Assembly (NCBI GenBank): GCA_050084985.1
Contig: JBITNC010000002.1
Coordinates: 17,174,001-17,238,000, forward strand
Length of the DNA stretch: 64,000 nucleotides
From: Nageia nagi
Taxonomy: Eukaryota > Plantae > Pinophyta
Direction of reading: 5' to 3'
The notes below the pieces were generated by a model. The model made no database searches. It was not told the origin of the DNA and saw nothing but the letters and a program-made list of their open reading frames with translations. This document shows, in pieces, positions 14,601-26,600 of the stretch (position 1 is the stretch's first letter; each line of letters opens with the position of its first letter). A program made the translations under genes and the position numbers.

Positions 14601-17600
14601 CCCAAACTTTGTGTTTGCATAGGTCTACAAATGTCATAATGTACAAGTTGGAGTGGGTATGAGACCTGCCGTGCTTTTCCTTTTGGAAACTCCTTCTTTG
14701 CATGCTTTCCAATCACACATGCTTCACACACAACCTTGTGCTTTCCAATATTAGGTAGTCGATTTACCATGTTTTGAAAAGACAAAAACTTCAGACTTTC
14801 AAAATTCAAGTGGCAAATTTAGGATGTTGAAGTCAGTTCTTATCCTTTGGTGATGTATTTGTCAAGCTCATATGCCCTTTACTTCCAAACTTCAAAGGGA
14901 ACATCCAGTTCTTTGACATAGGAACACACAGTTTCTATTATTATTATCATAAATGATACATTCATTGTTTTCAAATATAACCTTATAATTCTTCTTTACA
15001 AGGTGTCCAACATTTAAAAAATTGTTGTTCAAATTAGAAGCATAGTAGATATCATGGATTTTTTTTGTACCTTCTTTAGTGCCAACCTCCATGGTGCGTT
15101 TTGCAGCCACATCCAAAGCACTATTGTTTCCATGCATGACCTTGGTCTTGAAATTCTCATTCACATCAACAAACAACTCTTTCTTTCCAATCATCATGTG
15201 GTTAGAACAATCGGAATCTAAATACCAAACTTGACTAGTTTTTTTTAGCTATGTCACTAGTTAAAAACAAATTACCTTGTGTAGATTTGTCTTCATGTAC
15301 ATAGTGGGCTCTTTTATTTTAATTTATGGTCTTCACTCTATAATCTCATGCAATGTGGACCATTTTATGACAATTGTAGTATTTAACTCATCTTTGATCA
15401 ACCCTTCCATGTTCTCTTCCAGTAGAAACAACTACTCTTCCTCTTCTATCTCTTGTCTAATTCTGATTTCTTTCTCTTCCTTGTGCATGTTCACTTGTGT
15501 TTGGACCATCTTCATCATTCTTAAATCATTTTCTCTAACAATTTCTCTTAGTATTTCCTCATGTGATATAAAAGAACCAATTAGATAATCAAAATTAAAT
15601 GTAGCTAAAACTTTACTCTCCTCAATAATTATTACAAAATGATTCCATTTAGGGGTAAGAGATCTCAACACGTTCTTGACAACTACCTCTGTTTTCAAGG
15701 TCTTTTCGAGAGTGGCCATCTTGTTCAACACATCCTTCTTCTAATAAAAAATCATTGACATTCTCAGTTTTGTTCATCCACAAATTCTCATTTGTTCACT
15801 TCCTCGGTAAGCCTCTTAAAGAGACTTACAATCCTCCTTGGCTGAGGTAGCAACATCAATGTATGGAAACAAATTTTTGTCAAGAGCAGATTGAATATGG
15901 TAAAGGGATAATTAATTCTTCTTCTTTGCTTCTTTTCTTGTTTTCCTATTAGCTGCTTGTAATGTGCTTCAATCATATGGTTTTTTATAACCGCTCTCTA
16001 CCATTTCCCAAAGATCTTTGCCAATTAACAATGTTGTCATCTTTATGCTCCAATAATCATAATATTGTCCGTTAAAGTCTGGAATGGGTAATGAGTTGTT
16101 GAAGTTGGCCATTAGACTTAAGCAACAACAAATGAAGTTTTTCCGCAATGAGCGTGTTTAAGAACTTGACCAACTGTTAGATTGACCACGAACCAAGTTC
16201 ACTTAAACCCAAAAACCAAACAACCTCTAATACCAAATGAAGTAAATGACTCAAAAAGCAAAGAGCCCCAAAGTTGCAACAAGACATGATAGTTCAAATT
16301 TGGGGGACCAAATGCATAACAGTTCTTTCCTCTTCAGGCCAATTGAGTGACCCTTTTTGTTTTGATTGTTCACTTGAATATATTTGGATATCCTTTTGTC
16401 AAGGTCATGTGATCTTTCACACGAAGTAATATAGTGCTTTTTACCTGTTTTTAGAAAAAATATTATCTAGTTTTTATTCATACATTTATAATATAATATT
16501 TAATGAGGTCCATAATACAATGCACCATTGTCTTCTGAGGTTGATGAAGCATTAGCTAAATCTAGGTCTTTAGTTAATTTGTGTCATACTATATTTTCGT
16601 TACAAAGAAACATAGAGTGCATGAGGAAAAACATAAGAAAGCACATTTCAAGATCACTTGCCAATGTAAACAATATGTTGTTGCAGTTTAGTTTGTCTCT
16701 TCAGGATATAAAAGAAATAGGTATCTTTCATAAGCCTAATAACTGCAATCATTTGTTTTTTTATATTGCAAAGGATTCAAATTTCAATATAGGAGCTCTA
16801 TGGCTTTATAAGAGATTCCTTGATGGTCTCTAGGAGTCTATATGGTGATCAAAGATGGGGAATAATAGTTTAATTGATTGAATTTATTGCAGTGTGCAAA
16901 TGAATATGAGAATTTAAATTGTGTATATTTCCTTCATAGAAACTCATGAAAGCTTTGTCTTTTTGGGCAGGACTACCATCCTTCAAGAATTCTGACATTA
17001 GTGTACCAGCCTTTTGCGTTGATAACACTTGCTGTACTCTCATACTATGAAGCTACCATTAATACTCGAAGGCGCAACCTATTAGGATATTTCCTTTTCT
17101 TTTTAAGTACATTCATTGTTTTAATTGTGAGTATTATGACATGATTTAAGGAGTCATTTGAGAAATGTTTAAATTCTGTTATCAGCTGTAGAACAAGCTT
17201 TCAGTATTACATCTTGAAAAAGATGGGGAGACTGCCAAAAAACAATGTTTAGAAAGAAAAATGAACTCAGGCATTCAAAATTTTATACATTAAAATGTCA
17301 TTTGTTTTTTTCAACAGCTGGACCTTGCAACACATGGAAAGGGAGGGTTGGGAACGTTTATTGGAATATGTGCAATGAGTGCACTTTTTGGTATTGCAGA
17401 TGCCCATGTCCAAGGAGGAATGTTTGGAGAATTATCTTACATGGATCCTGACTTTATTCAGGCTAGACAATCCAAGAACAATTTTCCAATTTTTGGTTTG
17501 CATGTATAAGATAATTATTTTAGCATAGTTTTTGAAGATATTCAGTCTTGGTTTTCGAATTGCAGTCTTTCTCAGCGGGATTAGCAGCATCGGGAGCTGT

Positions 17601-20600
17601 TACATCTGCATTGAGACTTGTCACAAAGGCAGCCTTTGAAAATTCACAAAACGGACTTCGGAAAGGAGCCTGTAAGCTGTTGTACCCTTGTTCCTATGAT
17701 ACCTATCAAGTAAAGTTAGAATCAGATATTGTTTTTTCTTCATAAATATGAGAAATTGAACAAGTTTAACTGTATTATGAGTAAGGTTTCCTTCTCCATT
17801 TATTACTTGTATGATATTGATGCATCTCACAACAATTTAATAAAGATACAGTCCATTAGAATTAATGGAAGGTGGGTGTGATCTAAAACTCTATATATAG
17901 TCATTTTCTCTGTTTGTTTGATCTATATTATATGAATCATTCTTTTTTGTTTCTTTTAGAGGTTTCATCAGCCCTCCAGTATATTTTAGATATGATATCT
18001 GAAGATTCATCCAAATCTAATCAGTTCTAAAGTAGTGAAGACAAGAAGTATGGCAAGAGCTTAGCATCAAGCTCCCATTAGCCTCGCTCGCCATTTTCCA
18101 TTTTTGTTGAGTACCCTTGTCAAGCTTAAATCAATTGTATGGCACTAGCAACATGAGGCAAAGGTAAAGGCCAAACACCAAGATTTGTAGAAACTAGGCC
18201 ATCAACACCGACCATGGAAGGATCTAATGCAACTTCAAAAATGGATCAACAAAAAATTTATTACCAATTGTAGTAACTATAAAAGTAGATGCATGAATAT
18301 ATCAAGAAGGAAATGAGTAAGCTATAAGAGAACTTGAACATAATGATATGTGAGAAATTATCTCATTAGCTAAGCAAACTTACATCTTCATCCAAGGAAG
18401 AGACAATCCAAGGAAACCCCTCCATGCAACACTCCTATCGACAATGCAAAGGGATATAAAACTGACTCAACTTGGGATGATGATGAAGAAGAGCAACCAT
18501 ATTACTCACATCGAAGGAACCAACATTATGAAATACTACAACAAAGAAAACACAAGATTATAGATACCAGGAGGCATCTCTTCACAACTTCCACATTCCT
18601 AAAATAGAGATTGGATTTTAGTGGAAAAGAACTTGCGGTTTTGATAAACTAGATGGAGCAATTTTTTTTGACATCCATGGCATTCTCCCACAACAAAAAA
18701 AGGATAGTAAGCATTCCCCAAAATATTATGGACCCTTCTATATTTTGAAGCATATTGGGACCATGACATATCAGTTCAATTTACCATTGGCATCACAAAT
18801 AAATCCAATATTCCATTTATCATGCTTAAAGGAGGTCATCAACAGTCACATGATAGTACAAAACCAACTTCCTCATATAAATAATGAAGGCTGGGTTATT
18901 TTGGAACCTAAAAAGATATTAGACATGTGCCAAGAAACTTTGCAAACATGACACTAAGGAATTCCTCATTGAATGGAAAGACACGCCATAAGAAGACACT
19001 TCATGGGAAGGAAAAGAATTCATATAAAAGCATTCAGACATGAATTGTATTGAGGACAATGCTCAACACAAGATGGGGTGCATGTTATGCCCTTAGGATG
19101 TTGGCTCTATGATATCATTGTCACGGTGTGGCCCAGGTCCATTTGAGCGCACATAACCCAATGTTTAGTCAAATAGTTATTTTCTAGGTTATTTAATAAT
19201 AATAGGTCGACCACCTAGAGATGTGGGTAATTCTCTTTCCTAAAATAGCTATAAATAGGAGCACATGTACTACTCATTATCATCATTTCCATATCATATT
19301 TCTTATTTGTCCTATATTGGTACATATTTGGAGGTTACCCTCTCAAAGTGGTTGGAGGTTATCATCTTTGGATTTTTATTATTTGATATTCTCAATTTGA
19401 CAATTGTGAGTTGTTCTTTAAGTGATATCATATGGTCATACTATTCTTCTAAGAAGGTTTTTTTCTTAGATATTGGGTTTACTTAAAACCTAGCATTTGG
19501 GAAAGGTTTCAGGGTAGTTACGGTTCATTGCATCTAAGAAAAATATTGACAAAACCAAGGGGTTTTAGTGAAAAGAATACAAAGAGTAAAGTACCCACTT
19601 TGTTGACACACAAAAAAAAGACAATATATTAAACATGCATATTTACTTGTCTACAGAATGGAAATAGATTAAAAGCAACATGCTGTATACGATTTAACAA
19701 TTAGGATCATGCCAATTCGCAAGAGGAGGTACATGGAAGACTTATTTGCAAGGTGAAGAATTGGAGGATTCCTTCTATGGTAAATGATCGATGATAATTC
19801 CTTGTTTCTATTGATCTTGATTGATCATAGCATTTGAAATGAGGACTTGGGGGTGCTTTATATAGATTTGGCAAATTTGATTTTGAGTTTAGTTAGGTGG
19901 ACCCTTCTAGAACAAAGAGCATATAAGATAACATTAACTTAGAAAATAGAAATATATATTAATATCTACGAATGACCAAAGATAGGTCAATGGGAATCAA
20001 AAGTACAATGAGTGAAAAAGGTGAAAGTGCTAGGGAAATCAAGAAGGAAAATAAAAGGTAGTAGGATATGTCCATAGATAGGGTAACAATCCTATCTATC
20101 ATAGGGTCAATGTTATAGGAACATCATCGTCGACAATTGTGAAGGGGTCAATGGTAGATCTAATCACCTCAAACAAGGAATGTCCTAAATCGGAAGAGTC
20201 GAGAGAGATCTCTTGGGAATCTCTCCTAACATCCAAGGTCAAAGAGTCGTCTATAGTATAGAGGAAGCAAGTGATGTGCAACTGTCTCCTAGGCTAGGGC
20301 ACACTAGCAATTGTTCGTGAGGCTAGGCGGCATCATGTCAACTTGAGCCTATGGATATGCTAAACAATGCTATCTGAGGGATGTTTCTTGCCTATGGGAT
20401 CTAAAACGGGCTACACAAATGAGTTAATCAATTTGGTGGCTTAAGGGATTGTTGTAGGGATCTACACTTGAAGATAGTGATCTTGTGTAGGAAGAAGGCT
20501 AAACATCTTTAGTCGGGATAACATAAGAAAATGGATAAGGAGCTTCTTAACTCCCTATATAATCAGTAGTATCATTCCCAAATCTCATAGTATGCTAGGC

Positions 20601-23600
20601 ATCAAAATATCAAGTGCTTGTCATTCTCCACCTCTTGGAGAGAGAAAAGTTGACAAGTCCTAGCAAGTAGAGGAATATGGTGATTTTTCTCAACTCAGAG
20701 CTGATGGGAACAAACTTGTAGTTGGCCAAGGGGAATCTTTAGATCATGAGAACAATGGTCTTGAAGGTAGGTGGGATGGATCATATTACCATCGATAATC
20801 TATAGGAAATGTTCAACATAGAAAGCCATCTTAGGAATGAGAGGTTGTGGGGGAGAAACCCTAGTAACATGGATGTAGCGACGGTAAATGTCCTCTCTAA
20901 TAGATCAATGGAGCTCTTCCTTCAAGGGGCGAAGGTGATGAGAAGTGGGCAATGAAGAGCTGAATGATGGGGTTTGTTCAATGGAGATGCCCATAGATTG
21001 TAAAAGCAAATTGGCCTCAGAATTAGAGAATTTCCCTTAAGTTAGCCTAGATTTACCCAAAATGGGCCCAAATTGAATTTTTGTAAGTTTTAAGTGTCTA
21101 CACCATCCCATGGGTAATGAGTTAATATTGAAAGCTAGTTACAATTTACACTATGTTATTACTAATGTCACAAGAGAATCAATACTGAAGCACACCAACA
21201 AGAATGAACTTCTTTGTGTGACTAATACAAGACATTCTTTCCTATGATTGTAAAACTTTAGGTTATTCTACTCCCTTTCCCAAGAACATGTCAACTTAAG
21301 ATTTGCCTAAGTTTGGATCCATGCCATAATAAAGAATGTTTTATAGTTGAAAAGGTAATATAAATCAAAGTTTTATATTATAAAGAAATATTTCTCTATC
21401 TAGATGAGAAAAAGGATACTAAGAAATCAATTTATTTGGGGTCTCTATAGAAGTAGTTGGTTGCAAAGTATGGCTAATCTAGAACATTGCTCTCCTAGTT
21501 AAAGTAGTCAAAATTAAGTTATCGTGTGCAACAATATTCCTCTACTATTCCAATTAGATGTTAACAATATAGTCAAGTCTAATCTTGAGCAACTATGAAG
21601 AGCTCTATTCCTCATCCTACAACAAAGATGCAAGCTGGACACTCCTAGAAAAATGATAGAAGATATGCATCGTGATAACAAATCTTAAAATTGTACAAAA
21701 TAACTACTGCTCATATTGACAACTCTTAGATCCTTTTTTCTTGCAGTTTTTGTCCTCCATATCTAAGTTGTTTCTTTCCATTCCTTTTTCCCTTGTGTCC
21801 ATTGATCTTCCTTATGGGAAAAATGAAACATTTTCTTTTTTTTTTTTAGTTATTTTTGTGTCATTTATTATAATATTTATATAATAATGTCTATAAAATA
21901 TATTTATATATCCTATTGATCCCTCTAGGACTTAGGATAATTTTTTCGCATTCTTTCTATTGGAAACCTTGGTTCATGAACCTTAATACCTTATTCGTTG
22001 ATCTTATGTGAAAAGGAAATTAATTGATATTTTAATGCTAAAATCTAAGTTTGTAACAAATATACTAATAGTGGACATATAATAACCAAATAATGCTATT
22101 TTGTGTTGTGGCCTCCACAACATGCCCCTAAATTCCAATGAATTTCAGGGACCCACAAATTGTGGCAAGAGAAACCTGCTCAAGTAAAGCAATCAAGGGA
22201 ACAATATCTCATGATCGAGAGATATTGGAGGGTAGTACAAGAGAAAAAATGACTAAGTAACTATTTGGAACATGTAGTGTAGAAAATTGTTTAAGCCCCC
22301 TAGGCACATGTTTCGCGAGAGATAGGAAATTAGGTGCATGTTTCCAGGGAGACATGAAACATCTCTCTCAAAGTAGTTGCCCAAAATGCAGTCATCTAGA
22401 GACAAGTGAATGTTTCCAAGGAGACAACTTTCATGTGCCCTCCAAGATTGTGCCAGCCTTCCAGGTACCTGAAATGACCAACATAGGTGATCAAGGAAGC
22501 AAAATTGGCTTAGTACCATGCATGGCAACACCCCTAGAGCCCAAGTGCAAATCTGCCAAGAAACAAGGTTCTTGACTCTCCCCAAATTGCGCCAAGCCAA
22601 TCTCCTCTTCCTAGTGTAAATTTGGACCTAGACAAGGATGATGACTCTCTCCAAATCTACGCCAAGCTAGTCTCCTCTTCTAGGTGCAAATCTAGACCTA
22701 TACAAGTATGATGACTCTCCAACTCTGTGCCAACATCCTCCAATCTTTCTCATTGGCAAAGGGTCTCCAAAAGACAAGTAGATGACAAAGAAAGCACTTG
22801 TCCCTTGGTCTAGAGCAAGATTGATCACATCAAGAAAACATTGGCTAAGTTAAAGATGCACTCATCCTCCATGGTGTAAATCTAGACCAAGACAAGGGTG
22901 GTGACCTCCTGCACCTAGCATGCATTCCCCTCTCCTTGGAGCAAATTTTGACCAACCAAGACAAGGGTAGTGACCTCCTGAAAACTTGCGCCAAGCTTAT
23001 TTCCCATCCTGGATGCAAGTTTGGACCAAGACAAGCACCTTGACCCTCACAAGATTTGTGCCTAAGCCTTCCTTGGCGCAAGGTCAATTCTAGACAACAT
23101 CTTTGACTCCCCGGAACCTTGTACCAGCCTTGTACTGCTCTTGAGCGCATATCCTTGCCTAGATAATATTTATGACCTCATCAAGACTTGCACCTAGCCT
23201 CCAAGCGCATGTCTCAATCGAGGCAAAGTTCATGAATCCTCAAAGACTTGCACCATGCTTCCATCTCTTAGGTGCAACTTTTGGACGAGACAAAGCTCAC
23301 CACCATTTGCAACCATGCACCTCACCCTTGGTCTCACGCCGCCCTAGTCTATGCAAAAGTGTCAATATGCCTCTTTGAGGTCATATCATCCTCAAGATAG
23401 GGAGACCATTCAGGGATGAGAGGGAACCATCTATTGGGGAGCATCAAATGAGATAGGTTCCAATCCAAACTATGAAGAAGCCCAGCCAAGAAAATATGTT
23501 CTCGACGTGCTCGATGTGTTCATGATGCAGGTTGAAGGATTCTTGGGAGATTTCTTTGAAGAAAATGTTGTTGTAATCATGCAACTTCCTTCAAATTCTT

Positions 23601-26600
23601 TGGCAAGATGCATTGTTGATGGAGGATTTGTTATTTTTCTAAGACTTAGTTGATTTCTCACCTTGTGATGGATGAGGTTTCGCTCCCATAAGCGTGAATG
23701 AGACTTTTATATTTATGGTTATTTTTAGTACATTTCATTTCATTTTGTAGCCATTTAATTGACATTTTCATTTCATTTCAACAATATTGGACATAATCTA
23801 GTTTAATCTCATTAGGATTTGATTTAATTATATACTTTTTTTGAATTTCACCAAGTTTGAGATGAATATTCATGTAGTTCTAGGTGAATTAGGGCAACAA
23901 CCATTAGGTTTTTGAATGTTATAAATAGCCCTAGAGGGATCATTTTGTAAAAGGGGGGAGGATGATAGAATTTTTACAAGAGGAGAACTATTTTGTTGTA
24001 AGATCTCAAAGACTCTTTGTGAAATTTGGCACAATCAATATGAAATTTGCTAGTATCTTCATTGAATGGGATTGTGAGTTTGAACTAAATGTTGGGTGTC
24101 TAATTGTGATGATATTAACGCTTGTGAGCATTTCCTTTGAAAATCATTGAGTTTTAAGGAAAGAAAGTTGAATATCATATGAAGTGTTGATGTTGTTGCT
24201 TGGATAGACATTACTCACAATTTGCATGTAAACTTATGTACTTTGAATCGTTCTCTTTATGTCGTTTGAATTGAAGACAAATTTCACAAGTATATGATCT
24301 ACCCCACTCTACATCATTCCTCCATTGCACATAGCCTCGAGCTCCCTTGTACAAGCAATTCACGTTGTTTGCTTTAGGAGTCGATTAATGAATGTTCAAT
24401 TCATAATAAACCCAAAGAGGAAGGCATTCAAACCCTGCATGGTTGGTGAAGACAGTGTAGCTAAGAGCCAAATGCAAGTTCCATAGTCATCCCCACATTT
24501 TGTTTTCCCTTAGCTCATTTTCACTTTCTTTATTTTCCTTTCTTTGTTTTTCACTTTTTTTCGAACGTCAAGGAACACCTCTAAACGAAGTGCAAAGATA
24601 ACTTCGAATCCTTTCAGAAACAAATTTTGTTTTGGGTGACAATCATTGCCTCTACCATTTGGTGAGACCTATTCCAAGACCTTCTCATACCATAGCTCAA
24701 GCATTTCATAGTCCTACGGAAGTGGACTATTCATTTGAAGATAAGAGAACCTTGGGGTACTAGTCATTATTAGTGGGGGAGAGTAACACTTCCCCACCTA
24801 AGGTGTTTGGATGCTCTTTGATTCTCTCATAATCATATGCTAAGGTAGGAAAGAAAATCATTATACGTAAAAGACTGAGTATTGATATAAAATTGCATTT
24901 ATCTCTTTCAATCCTCAACAACATCAATAATTAGCAACACCTTAAGGTAAAGTTAACAATTGATTTCCTCTTTGAAATATCTCTTGTGATTCCTCAAGAT
25001 GAAGAAAACAAGCTTCTGTGGTAATTTTGGCCATATTCAACAGCTATAATTGTCTATTTGATTGAATTCCTCATTTTTATATGTAGCAATTGGGATTGAA
25101 CCATTATATTTCTCTCCATTACCTCGACTAGAGATGTTTGGCCCTCTTCCTATGAGAGGTTACCATCTTCAAGTGTGAGCTCTATAGTGATCCACAAAGA
25201 TCCCTCAAGACACCATGTTGATTAGCTCCTTTTTTCAGCATCTTAGACTCCATAGGCAAGAAACACCCTTCAGACATTATCTTTCAGCCTACCCACGAAT
25301 ATAGGTTGACAAGTCGCTGCTTAGCCTCTCAAACAGTTACCAATTTACCTTAGCTCAAACAATAGTTGCATATCACCAGCTTTCTTTCTACTGCAGATGA
25401 TTCCTTGGCCTTGGATGCTAAGAGTGGCTCTCGAGAGATCTCACACAACCCTTCTAGTTCAGGACACTCTTTGCTTGACATGTCGCAACCTAGCCTCTTA
25501 GACAATTACCAGTTTACCTCAGCTAAGATGATAGTTGCATATCACCAGCTTTCTTTCTACTACGGATGATTCCTTGGTCTTGGATGCTAGGAGAGGCTCT
25601 CGAGAGATCTTGCACAACCCTTCTAGGTTGGGACACTCTTTGCTTGAGGTGATCATATCTAATATCAGTCCCATCATTGTGGATGATGATGACGCTCCTA
25701 TAACCTTGACCTCCTGATTGGCATGACTGTCCATTACTTGTGGTTTTCCACCCAATAGACAGTTCTCTCAAATGCTCCCCGATGTCTCTTTATGATCTCA
25801 CTCAAGATTGTATAGTTTTATAGCATTTTTGCCTGTCCCTAAGGATTTAACCCTAGTGCGTTCTCTTTTTCATTGGATTGTATTTTTGAACCCCATTGAC
25901 CTATTTTTGGTTACCGTGGACATTAATATATATTCTATTATATTAAGTCATCAAATAGCCTCAAACTATCTATCAAAAATTTATTAAAGCAGCCATAATT
26001 AGAGTGGATAATGGTAAAACTAATATAAGAACTCACGTGGCAGAAGAAATAGGGAAATAAACATGGGAATCTTCATAACTTAGAAATAAAGAATAAGCAA
26101 ACATGAAAAGTTTTAATGTGTGAATATACCACCTATCCTGAAGTTGGAGGCAGGAAAATGAATTTGAAACTGACAAGGAAACAAAAGTCCAACACCATTG
26201 AAAAATTTAAATCTTGATAGTCCAGAATTTAGTTATTACATTGGTCTTATCATTCTTATTGGTAACAGTGTATAGGGGTCACTGTTTTTGTTTACAAAAA
26301 AGTATTACCTGTTCAAAGTTTTTTAAGTGCTTCATGTGCAGATACAGAATATCATTGCTTTTCTTCTGTTTCCAAAAACTTGACTTCTTGCATTTTGTTT
26401 GGCAGTGTTGTTCTTTTCGATATCTACCTTGTATGGGCTATTCTGTGTTTTTCTCTATGCTTTTGCCTTTCCACGCCTGAAGATTGTGAACTATTACCGT
26501 TCCAAGGCAGCTTCCGAAGGATCAAAGACTGTGACAGCAGATCTTGCAGCGGGAGGTGTTGAAGTATCCTCCCAAAAAGTAATGAATTACCTAAATTTTC

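Larger units (their letters stand above)
10407..16272 (-). mobile_element. Decayed Ty1/copia LTR retrotransposon: 3' LTR 10407-10874, gag-pol remnants ~10900-16112, only ~35 bp of the 5' LTR left (from 16238)
   Basis: RT/RNaseH (SKWVYKTK, HHMDVKSPFLNG, VGSLMFLTTTR, NDSNWGG), integrase ([19 protein letters not shown]) and gag (VLRSLTPKW) remnants. PBS-Met-like CTCTAATACCA at ~16225-16235. PPT CACCCCCTTG next to 10874. TGAAGTAAA.GACTCAAAAA at both 10407 and 16238. Confidence 0.88.

Noticed and set aside
21110-21720. Possible ancient LINE RT fragment (YLG.., NIALL.K-like words)
   Set aside because: Too degenerate to support without a profile search
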